Assembly: GCA_937897815.1 (NCBI GenBank)
Contig: CALCNF010000145.1
Span: 1-36,505 of the forward strand
Source: an uncultured Pseudomonadota bacterium
GTDB taxonomy: Bacteria; Myxococcota_A; UBA9042; PHBI01; CALCNF01
Reading direction: 5' to 3'
DNA: 36,505 nt
Shown piece after piece: positions 16,788 to 24,538 of this stretch. Each line of letters begins with the position of its first letter. Position 1 is the first letter of the stretch. The position numbers and the translations under genes are program-made. The notes beneath the pieces were generated by a model, which was given only the letters and a program-made list of their open reading frames with translations, was not told the origin of the DNA and did no database searches.

Positions 16788-18361
16788 GGGGGGCCTCCTC
16801 CTTCACGAAGGGTTCGATTCAGTGTGGTCTGGGCCTCTCGCTCACGTTCGGCCAACGCGCGCTCGCCGAGCGCCTCGTAGGTCTTCGCCAGGAGGCCATG
16901 AATATCAACATCAAAGGGATTGAGACGGATCACCTGCTCAAAGTGCTGGCGCGCCTCAGCGTGCTTGTTCTCCAGGGCGGCTACCTGGCCGAGCAGGAGC
17001 GGCAGTAGAACATAGTCCGGCGCGACCCTGAGCGCGGGCATCAGGGCCTCTCTGGCCTCCTTGAGGCGCTGGAGGCGGATGAGCATCTTGGCGATCTTCG
17101 CCTGGAGCATGGGCACGGAGCTCCCCGCGATCTCTCGGGCCTTCTGATACTCACGAAGCGCGGCGAGGGATCGCTCCTTGAGCTGAAGCTGGTCGCCCAG
17201 CCAGATCCAGCGCCTGGCCTCCTTCGCCTCGATCATCTCCAGCTCAGTCGCCTGGGTGTCGTGGCCTCGAAAGAGCAGTCGCATGTCAAACGGGTGGTCG
17301 AGTCGCCGCAGGCCCAGACCCGACAAGTGGGCCTTCCATGTGCGCTCAAAGCGGGCAAACGAGAGCGAGGTGACGGTCTCGATCGCCTCCCGGTCTGTCT
17401 TTCCTGCGGCCATGGCGTCGAGGAGCTCGCCGATGGCCTCGGGCCCGTGGTGCACCGTGAGCCAGTCGATCACCGTGAAGACCTCAGCGAAGGCCGTCGC
17501 AGCGGCCTCCTGGCTGGGGAGCTTGGCCATGGACGGGCTCATGGCCTCAAACGAGATCAGCTCTCGGCTCGCGACCGCTTTGGCGAGGCGATCCTCGGAA
17601 CGCGGCTCAAGGCTCGGGCGTCCTGGCTCTCGCCAGGCCGTCTCCAGGTACTTCGCCAGGCCCTCATGGAGCCAGATAGGCACCTGGTTGTATGTCCGCT
17701 GGGTGATCAAGAGGTGGACGAGCTCATGGGCGACCGTGTCCGCCCAGGAGTACCCGTAGACCATGTCCCGGGGCGAGGTGACCATCAGCCTGTTGTACTT
17801 GCAAAGCGCGATGGTCCCGGAGGTGCGGATCTCATCGACGGTCAGGGGGCTCACGGCCCCGAGGACGTCCACACGCGGATAGACCTCCACCCGGATCTTG
17901 CCCTTGGGGATGAAGTTCAAGCGCTCGGTCAGCGCGACCCATGAGCGCGCCAGGATGTGCTCCAGATAGGGGACGAGCAGCTCGTCCGCGCCCGGCTCGT
18001 GGAGGATCACGAAGCGCCCATCGGCCGTCGTTCGCTCCACATAGCCGGCCATCTCCTGGGCTGTGGCCCTGGCGATCTCCTCAAAGTGCTGGGCGATGGG
18101 CCCCACCTCCCGCGCGCCCTTGAGGGTCTGGGCGGCGCGGCCGTAGTCCCCTTGGAGCAGCTCCAGGCGCCCTCTCGCGAGCGTGAGCCTGGGAGAGGTC
18201 GTCCCGGCCTCCGTGAGTCGCTTCAGGGCCGCCTCAGCCTCGTCGACCCGCCATCCATCGATCGCGCGCTCCAGGGTGATCCAGTCCGCGCGGGTTGAGG
18301 CTTGGGCCACAGAGCTGAAGATCAACAGCGCCAGCAGCGCCACTCGGAGGCTCCACATCAT
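16784..18361 (-). CDS. Secreted TPR-repeat protein with a central zincin (peptidase MA-like, HEXXH) domain
   Basis: Signal peptide MMWSLRVALLALLIFSSVAQAS. Metal-binding motif TVAHELVHLL followed by WLHEGLAKYLE. TPR-like helical repeats flank both sides. The start overlaps the upstream stop (ATGA, 18358-18361). Confidence 0.7.
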   Translation of the reverse strand: MMWSLRVALLALLIFSSVAQASTRADWITLERAIDGWRVDEAEAALKRLTEAGTTSPRLTLARGRLELLQGDYGRAAQTLKGAREVGPIAQHFEEIARATAQEMAGYVERTTADGRFVILHEPGADELLVPYLEHILARSWVALTERLNFIPKGKIRVEVYPRVDVLGAVSPLTVDEIRTSGTIALCKYNRLMVTSPRDMVYGYSWADTVAHELVHLLITQRTYNQVPIWLHEGLAKYLETAWREPGRPSLEPRSEDRLAKAVASRELISFEAMSPSMAKLPSQEAAATAFAEVFTVIDWLTVHHGPEAIGELLDAMAAGKTDREAIETVTSLSFARFERTWKAHLSGLGLRRLDHPFDMRLLFRGHDTQATELEMIEAKEARRWIWLGDQLQLKERSLAALREYQKAREIAGSSVPMLQAKIAKMLIRLQRLKEAREALMPALRVAPDYVLLPLLLGQVAALENKHAEARQHFEQVIRLNPFDVDIHGLLAKTYEALGERALAEREREAQTTLNRTLREGGGPP

Positions 18362-21300
18362 CGGGTAAGCTCCTCGTAATAGCGCCGAACAGCCTCCTCG
18401 TAGCCCGCTGGTGCGCGCTCCTTCATGGCCTCGATGAGCTCCTTGCGAAAGGCCTCGGGAGCGGCGTGGGCGCTGCCCTCGGGGATCGCGACTTCGTCGC
18501 GCGACTGGCGGACACCCTGGCCCCCAGTCGAGCCTCCAGAGGAGTCCTTGGAGCTCTGCTCGAACTGCGCTTGGGCTTCCGAGAGCTCATCGAGTGCGCC
18601 TCGCTGGTGACCCTGTGCGCTCCCCGGGTCTCCCCTCTCCAGGGCCTCACGGGCGGCGCGCATCTTCTCACGAGCGCGCTCAAGCGCCGGCCCGATCTGC
18701 TCACCAATGCCAGGGATCGCGGGCTCGACGCCCTCCAGCTTGCTCTCCATCTTGCCTACGGCCTTGCGAAGGGCCCGCTGGCGCTTGCCGATGGCGCCGA
18801 GACGCTTCTTGATCGCGGGGCTCGGGGCGCGCTTCATCCGCTCCATCAGACGCTTGAGAAGATCCTCAAGCTCTGTGCCCATCACCTCTCCGGACTCCAG
18901 GCTCTCTATCGCCACCCTGAGGGCTCTTCCGCGCTCAGCGCTCGCCTCTCTCGCCTCGCTCTCGCCGATCTCGGCTCCCAGGGTTTTGAGGGCCGGTAGG
19001 AGGGCCTGCAGGGTGCCCAGGGCCTCGGAGATCTGCTTTTCACGGACCTGGTTGGATGTCTGGCGTCCCGCTCTCTGGGCCTCCCCCAGTTGGCCACGAT
19101 CGGAGCTGTGAAGCGTCTCCGTGGGGATCTCCTCCAGGAGCTCAGCCAGGGCCTCCGAGGCCGCGAGGGCCTCCTGGTAGAGATCGGCCAGCTCCTCCTG
19201 TAGGGCCTTGAGCCGCTCGCGCTCCAGGGCGCTCGTCTCCTCTCCCGTTTCACCCTCTACGCCTCGCTGACCATCGGTGACCTCGGAGAGCTCCATCTGA
19301 AACTCCGTGAGCGCCCGGCGATGGGGAGACTGCTCCCCTTCGCGCTCTCCGAAGTCCTCATCCAGCGCGGCCATCCACTCCTGAGTGGACTTGTTGAGCT
19401 CCTCAAGACGCTTCATCGCCTCCTCGATCTTGCCCTCTCGGAGCAGGGCCCGGATGGCGTCCATCTCGCTCTGCATCGAGCTCACGTCCTCCTCGGTCTC
19501 CGAGGCGCGCTGCGAGGGGTTTTGGTTCTCATAGGGCGAGCGTTCGGACAGCTGCTCCAGCTCACGGGCCATGCGCCGCAGGCTCGCCTCGAGCTGGTCG
19601 AGCTTCCGCTCCGCCTCCGCGGCGAGCTCCGGATCGGTCTCTCCCTGAGCGATCTTGGCCATGAGCTCCCGCAGGCTCTCCTGTTGGTCGAGCAGATCAC
19701 GACCCTCCTCAAGCACCCGATCCTGGCGACTGCGGTCGAGCTCATCCTTGAGTCGGAAGATGTGGCGCTCCAGATCGCCGGTCGCCTCCGCGTTGCTCTG
19801 CGTCATCATCCGCAGGAGGACCTTGGGCCGCTTCACCTGGCTGTTCGAGAGGACCGCCCGTCGGAGCTGGGCGTCCTCCTGGTCGCGATGAGCGCGCAGG
19901 TTGGCCAGGGTGTCATTGAGCAGCTCGCGCAGCGTATCGCTCGCCAAGGTGTCGGTGTTCAGGGCGCCGATCAGCCCTTCGACCCCCTCGATCACCGTCG
20001 CGCTGCTCGTGACGATGGCTTGGTGCCAGATGACGGCCGCCACGACCCGCTCGAGACGCTCCTCCAGAACAGGGCTCTCGAGCCGATCGGCCAGGAGCCC
20101 GATCATCGCGTCGATCACGCCCTCCAGATCCTTCAGTCTCCTGGCGTGCTCTACCTCGGGGCTGAACATCCAGATTCTCCTGGAAGCCGACCGGCCTACC
20201 CCGGGCCCCGTGACGTCATTGCCGTCCATGACCTCGAGCCAGATCTCGGCGCTCTCCCCTGGCGTGAGGCCCAGGGCGCGCATGGCGACCTCGTCGACGC
20301 CCTTGACCACCCGGTCGTCCAGGCCCCGACGCAGAGGTCGTCGCTGAGGCTCGCCGATGGGGCCGTCGATCCAGAGCGCGACCTCGGAGACCCCGTGGTC
20401 GTCCGAGGCCTCGTAGGCGATGGAGACCGGATCACCCTCACGCACCTCAAGGTCGGCCTCAGGACGCAGGAGCCGAACTATGGGCGCTTCGTCGACCCGG
20501 ACATCGAGGACGCGTCCCGTTTGCTCTTCGGACCGTGCCCCCTTGCCATCGATGAGCGCGAACCGATAACGCCCGCTCTCTCGGGCCATGAAGCTGCCCG
20601 TCACCCGCCCGTCTCCCTGGGTCGTCATGGGCACGGTGACGGGGGTGAGAAGATCGAGCAGGAGCTCCGCGCGCGCCGAGGGCACGGTCGGGCGACCCGT
20701 GACCTGGATCGTCGTTCCGGCCATCGCGCTCAGATCGCCGCGCGTACCCTCGAGCCGTCGGGGCTCCATCTGCAGGTAGGCCGGGAAACGAAGCTCGATG
20801 GTCAGGTCGCTCAGGGCGAGCTCGATGGGGCTGGCTACCACCTCGGGTTTGAGGGTGCCGCTGAGCACGCCCAGGCCGGTCTGGGCCCATCCGGGAGCGA
20901 AGACCATCAGCGCAGCCGCACCGAGTCCGCAGGCGACCGCCACCTGACGGGATGAGCGCGCGTTCGTGGAGTCTACGAGGCTCGAGGGCGCGATGGACTC
21001 CACCTCGCTCAGGGTCAGCTCGGCGCTCGCCTGGGCCAGGGCCGAGGAGGGGACGGGCCAACCGGCCGGGCCGCGGTCTTGTAGGAGATCGTAGCTCTGG
21101 AGCGCGGTGACGATCCCCGAGTTCACCTCGGGGAGCTCCGTCTCGGCGAAGCGAGCCGCCGCCAGAGGATCGGTTCGCGCGTCCAGGGACCACCATCGCC
21201 TGACGAACTGACGGACGCAGCCCACAGCCGTGAGGCCCATGAGCAGCCACGCCCACCGCCCCGCTCCGGGGCCCAGCCAGACGGCGACCGCCAGCGAGAT

Positions 21301-21417
21301 CGCCGTCCCGACCAGGAGCACGGTCACGCTTCGCCACAGCGCGACCCGCGCCGCGTCGCGCAGGAGCGCGCGCCGCAGGTCGGCGTTCCAGTCGGCGATC
21401 CGTTCGAAGGTTTCCAT
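18358..21417 (-). CDS. Large (about 1019 aa) membrane protein with a long coiled-coil region; DUF4175-like
   Basis: Preferred start is ATG 21417 (METFERIADW) with GGAG upstream; the track start TTG 21477 is less likely. N-terminal TM helices are VTVLLVGTAISLAVAVWL and WAWLLMGLTAVG, followed by a beta-rich middle region. A Glu/Leu/Arg/Ala-rich coiled-coil spans about 450 aa. The C-terminus IPEGSAHAAPEAFRKELIEAMKERAPAGYEEAVRRYYEELTR recalls DUF4175/TIGR02302-type proteins. The family call is from memory only. Confidence 0.55.
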   Translation of the reverse strand: METFERIADWNADLRRALLRDAARVALWRSVTVLLVGTAISLAVAVWLGPGAGRWAWLLMGLTAVGCVRQFVRRWWSLDARTDPLAAARFAETELPEVNSGIVTALQSYDLLQDRGPAGWPVPSSALAQASAELTLSEVESIAPSSLVDSTNARSSRQVAVACGLGAAALMVFAPGWAQTGLGVLSGTLKPEVVASPIELALSDLTIELRFPAYLQMEPRRLEGTRGDLSAMAGTTIQVTGRPTVPSARAELLLDLLTPVTVPMTTQGDGRVTGSFMARESGRYRFALIDGKGARSEEQTGRVLDVRVDEAPIVRLLRPEADLEVREGDPVSIAYEASDDHGVSEVALWIDGPIGEPQRRPLRRGLDDRVVKGVDEVAMRALGLTPGESAEIWLEVMDGNDVTGPGVGRSASRRIWMFSPEVEHARRLKDLEGVIDAMIGLLADRLESPVLEERLERVVAAVIWHQAIVTSSATVIEGVEGLIGALNTDTLASDTLRELLNDTLANLRAHRDQEDAQLRRAVLSNSQVKRPKVLLRMMTQSNAEATGDLERHIFRLKDELDRSRQDRVLEEGRDLLDQQESLRELMAKIAQGETDPELAAEAERKLDQLEASLRRMARELEQLSERSPYENQNPSQRASETEEDVSSMQSEMDAIRALLREGKIEEAMKRLEELNKSTQEWMAALDEDFGEREGEQSPHRRALTEFQMELSEVTDGQRGVEGETGEETSALERERLKALQEELADLYQEALAASEALAELLEEIPTETLHSSDRGQLGEAQRAGRQTSNQVREKQISEALGTLQALLPALKTLGAEIGESEAREASAERGRALRVAIESLESGEVMGTELEDLLKRLMERMKRAPSPAIKKRLGAIGKRQRALRKAVGKMESKLEGVEPAIPGIGEQIGPALERAREKMRAAREALERGDPGSAQGHQRGALDELSEAQAQFEQSSKDSSGGSTGGQGVRQSRDEVAIPEGSAHAAPEAFRKELIEAMKERAPAGYEEAVRRYYEELTR

Positions 21418-21574
21418 CGGCTCCACGGGTGGCGGTTGGCGCCCATCTTCGTGCGCGCGCGGTGAACCGGTCAACACGAGGCGCTCACCTGTCGATTCCC
21501 CAAGCGAGCCAGATTTGCCTCTTCTGGGGCTCCGTGGGACCCATAGAGGCGATCGAAGAAAGCTGATCTTCGTG

Positions 21575-21600
21575 TGAATAGTCCGGCGTGCTGGCGCGTC
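21575..21600 (+). promoter_or_regulatory. Possible ECF-type autoregulatory promoter (TGAAT-N17-CGTC)
   Basis: The sequence is gTGAATagtccggcgtgctggcgCGTCtc. It has an AAT/AAC-type -35 and a CGTC -10 at ECF-like spacing, about 28 nt upstream of the preferred GTG start at 21628. A short motif match only. Confidence 0.25.
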
Positions 21601-21627
21601 TCAGTCCTGTGGCATGTGGAGTTCCCA

Positions 21628-22218
21628 GTGAAAGAACAGGAAGACAGCGCGCTCGTTTCGCTCGCCGTCGATGGCGATCAGCGAGCGTTTCGCGAGCTCG
21701 TCGAGCGCCATCAGGCGCGGGCGTTTCGCACGGCGCTCTCCATTCTGAAGCACGAAGAGCAGGCACGAGATGTGGCCCAAGACGCCTTCGTGAAGATCTA
21801 CACCAAGCTCCCCGAGTTCCGCGGCCAGGCGGCCTTCACCACCTGGCTGCACCGGATCGTGTCCAACCTGAGCATCGACCGGCTGCGAAAGACGAAACGT
21901 CACGGCGAGGTGGAGTACGACGACGCCCGGACCCACGCGGTCTCAGACAGCGCCTCGGGGCCTACCCTGGCCAGCGTCTACCTCGATGGACCCGGTCGGG
22001 CGCTGGAGCGGAGCGAGCTGCGAACTCAGATGGGGCGCGCCCTGCAGACCCTCTCGGATTCCCATCGGGAGGTCCTGCTCATGAGGGAGATCGATGGCCT
22101 CTCCTACGAGGAGCTGGCCGAGGCCCTCGAGGTGGCCAAGGGGACGGTCATGAGCCGCCTCTTCCATGCACGAAAGAAATTCATGGCCGCCATGAGCGGC
22201 TACCTTCACGCCCGATGA
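21628..22218 (+). CDS. ECF-type RNA polymerase sigma-70 family factor
   Basis: The sequence runs EDSALVSLAVDGDQRAFRELVERH, then region 2 DVAQDAFVKIY...FTTWLHRIVSNLSIDRLR, then region 4 LSYEELAEALEVAKGTVMSRLFHARKKF. Preferred start is GTG 21628 (VKEQEDS) with GGAG 6 nt upstream; the track start is 21574. Confidence 0.85.
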   Translation: MKEQEDSALVSLAVDGDQRAFRELVERHQARAFRTALSILKHEEQARDVAQDAFVKIYTKLPEFRGQAAFTTWLHRIVSNLSIDRLRKTKRHGEVEYDDARTHAVSDSASGPTLASVYLDGPGRALERSELRTQMGRALQTLSDSHREVLLMREIDGLSYEELAEALEVAKGTVMSRLFHARKKFMAAMSGYLHAR

Positions 22219-22240
22219 AGCGGAAGGGAGGAGCGAAGCG

Positions 22241-22894
22241 ATGAAGAACGACGAGATCCTGGAGCGTATCGGCGCCTATCGAGATGGCGAGCTGGACGAC
22301 GCGACGCGCGCTCAGGTCGCCGAAGAGCTGAAGAGCTGCGAGGCCAGTCAGGCCGCCTACCGAGAGCTGGAGGCCATGGACGCGCTCGTGGAGAGGGCGG
22401 TCCTGGAGCCCGCGGCCGCGGCCGATCTGACGGGCTTCACCGATGAGGTCATGGCCCGGATCGCCGCCGAGACGGCTCCAGCGCCAGCGCGCGAGGAGGA
22501 GATCACCGGGAGCCTCCTCGATCGGCTCGCCGCGATGTTGGGCATGGAGGGTCGCGGTCTGGTCTTGGCCGGCGCCATGGCGGCCGCCGCGCTCGCCTGG
22601 TTCGTCTGGCCCACGGATCCCGCCACCTTTGATGTGACACCCGAGGCCGTGCGCTCCGCGGGCAGCGCGGCGCAGGACGGGTCGACACCCGTGGAGACCG
22701 TGGCGCCGAGACCCCGTCGGGGGATGGAACTCGAGACGGCCTCGGCGGGTCGGAACGCGGCGTCGGTTCAGCAGGTGGAGGTGGCCCACGGTCGCGTGGT
22801 CATCGACGACAACGCCGATGATCCTGACCGGCCTGTGGTCGTTTGGCATATTGTAGGGGAAGAGGTAGACCCAGAGGCGGACGCGAGCCCGTGA
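22241..22894 (+). CDS. Anti-sigma factor (single-pass membrane, N-terminal anti-sigma domain without the full zinc motif)
   Basis: Lies 22 nt downstream of the ECF gene, with GGGAGGAG upstream. The N-terminus ILERIGAYRDGELDDATRAQVAEELKSCEASQAAYRELEAMDALV matches the anti-sigma N-terminal pattern. The TM helix is GLVLAGAMAAAALAWFVWP. Confidence 0.75.
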   Translation: MKNDEILERIGAYRDGELDDATRAQVAEELKSCEASQAAYRELEAMDALVERAVLEPAAAADLTGFTDEVMARIAAETAPAPAREEEITGSLLDRLAAMLGMEGRGLVLAGAMAAAALAWFVWPTDPATFDVTPEAVRSAGSAAQDGSTPVETVAPRPRRGMELETASAGRNAASVQQVEVAHGRVVIDDNADDPDRPVVVWHIVGEEVDPEADASP

Positions 22895-22905
22895 GGAGAG
22901 CCCCT

Positions 22906-23361
22906 GTGAAGACCCTGGTCCTGGCCATTACCGCGACGCTGGTGCTGATGACGAGCGCCGCCTTGAGCGCTGAGCCCTCTGCCGCCCACTTTGATGTCAC
23001 GGTCGTGGACGCAAAGAAGACCCCCGGCGAGGTCGATCCCAAGCTTGAGCACCTCAAAGACGTGTTGGAGCGCTCCTTCAAGGGGTACAAGAGCTTTCGC
23101 CAGGTCAACCGGGCCAAGTTCAAGGTCAGCGAAGGGAAGACCCACACGACCCCGCTGGCAGGATCTCAAAAGCTGACCATCGGCCCCCAGGCCGGCGGCG
23201 CGAAGGGGTTCTTGAAGGTTCGCCTGGTCTCCGGTGACCTCAAGACGACCGTGGACGTGAAGGACGGGGGACTGTTCTTTCAGGCGGTTCGCGGCCCCAA
23301 GGGCGCGGCCCTGGTGATCGCGATTCGAGCGACGCGGGTCGCGAAGGCTCAAACTCGTTGA
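22906..23361 (+). CDS. Small secreted protein, function unknown
   Basis: GTG 22906 (VKTLVLAITATLVLMTSAALSAEP signal peptide) has GAGGAG 7 nt upstream. The mature part is Lys-rich and beta-like (FKVSEGKTHTTPLAGSQKLTIGPQ...LKVRLVSGDLKTTVDVKDGGLFF). No family recognised. Confidence 0.6.
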   Translation: MKTLVLAITATLVLMTSAALSAEPSAAHFDVTVVDAKKTPGEVDPKLEHLKDVLERSFKGYKSFRQVNRAKFKVSEGKTHTTPLAGSQKLTIGPQAGGAKGFLKVRLVSGDLKTTVDVKDGGLFFQAVRGPKGAALVIAIRATRVAKAQTR

Positions 23362-23385
23362 TCCGAGACGGTCTCCGTACCTAAA

Positions 23386-23413
23386 TTGCCCGCCCACCGT
23401 CCTCTAGTATGCT
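23386..23413 (+). promoter_or_regulatory. Possible sigma-70-like internal promoter in front of the PEGA gene
   Basis: TTGCCC-N16-TATGCT sits in the 61-nt gap before ATG 23423. The PEGA ORF lacks an obvious RBS, so a near-leaderless transcript is conceivable. A weak motif match only. Confidence 0.2.
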
Positions 23414-23422
23414 TGGGTTGCT

Positions 23423-24538
23423 ATGTCGTCCTCCTTCACCCGATTCGTTCTCGCCCTGGTCGTGCTCTGCGGAGCGCTCACCATCCCGGGCGCGGCGTGG
23501 GCGCAAGACGATCCTGAGGCGAAGAAGCGCGAGGCGGCCGCCCACTATCATGAGGGTCGACGGCTCTTCGACAAAGAGCTCTACACCGCGGCGATCGAGC
23601 GGTTTCAGCGGGCTCATGAGCTGTTCCCCGCGCCCGCCAATATCTACAACATCGCCAAGAGCTATGAGCGTCTTGGGGCCTCCAACCTCTGTGTAGAGTC
23701 CTACCAGAGCTACCTGAAGCTCCACGAGGAGACCCATGGTCGACCGGCGCCTGACGCGATCGATGTGCGCAACGCCATCGAGAAGTGTCGGCTAGGCGCT
23801 CGGATTCCCCTCTCCATCGAGAGCGATCCACCGGGCGCGACGGTGTATCTTCAGGAGATGGACAAGGTCGTAGGGCAGACGCCCTACTTGACCAACACTG
23901 ATCCCGGGACCTACCGGCTGCGACTCACCCTGGACGGGTACCAGCCTTTTGAGCGGACCTTGCAGGTGCGGCCCGGCGAGCCCTTGAAGGTGGTGTTCAA
24001 GCTGGAGAAGTTCAGCGCCATCGGTCAGCTGATGGTGAACGCCAACGTCGTGGGAGCCGCCATTTATGTCGATGGCAAGAACGTTGGTCTGACGCCGTTC
24101 TCAGACGCGATCACGCTCTCGGCCGGCGCCCACCAGGTCACGGTGCAAAAGGACGACTACTCCACCTACACGAACCGCGTGGAGATCGCCGCGAACGAGA
24201 CGACCACGGTGGACGCCACGGTGTTTCTGACGAACCCACCCAAGACCTGGAAGGGCTATACGGGATACACGACGCTCACCGTGGGGCTCGGCTCCGTGGC
24301 CGCGGGCTACTTTCTCGGCGCGAAGGCGGACACCTACTTCAGGGGGAGCCCCGACTTCGACGACTACGCTGGTTATCAGAAGCTCGCCTACGGAGCGGGA
24401 GCGGGCCTGGCCTTCACGGGCATCCTCCTGGCGATCTTCGAGTCTCTTGATGACCAGGCGATCAAGGAGGGCGACGCCCTGACCTATCACCCGGGAGCTC
24501 CCTGGGATCGACGCTTCAGCCTGAGGGAGGGACCATGA
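23423..24538 (+). CDS. PEGA domain-containing envelope protein (signal peptide, TPR-like helix pair, two PEGA domains, C-terminal TM segments)
   Basis: Signal peptide is FVLALVVLCGALTIPGAAWA. PEGA1 is LSIESDPPGATVYLQ...GQTPYL...PGTYRLRLTLDGYQPFERTLQVRPGE. PEGA2 is VNANVVGAAIYVDGKNVGLTPF...AGAHQVTVQKDDYSTYTNRVEIAANETTTVDATV. Hydrophobic segments are TTLTVGLGSVAAGYFLGA and AGAGLAFTGILLAIF. Confidence 0.8.
   Translation: MSSSFTRFVLALVVLCGALTIPGAAWAQDDPEAKKREAAAHYHEGRRLFDKELYTAAIERFQRAHELFPAPANIYNIAKSYERLGASNLCVESYQSYLKLHEETHGRPAPDAIDVRNAIEKCRLGARIPLSIESDPPGATVYLQEMDKVVGQTPYLTNTDPGTYRLRLTLDGYQPFERTLQVRPGEPLKVVFKLEKFSAIGQLMVNANVVGAAIYVDGKNVGLTPFSDAITLSAGAHQVTVQKDDYSTYTNRVEIAANETTTVDATVFLTNPPKTWKGYTGYTTLTVGLGSVAAGYFLGAKADTYFRGSPDFDDYAGYQKLAYGAGAGLAFTGILLAIFESLDDQAIKEGDALTYHPGAPWDRRFSLREGP

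Noticed and set aside
21458-21495. Alternative ECF-like promoter GTGAAC...TGTC upstream of the second ECF sigma gene
   Set aside because: The spacing between the AAC and the candidate -10 is about 22 nt, too long for ECF promoters. The TGAAT-N17-CGTC candidate at 21575-21600 fits better, and even that has low confidence.
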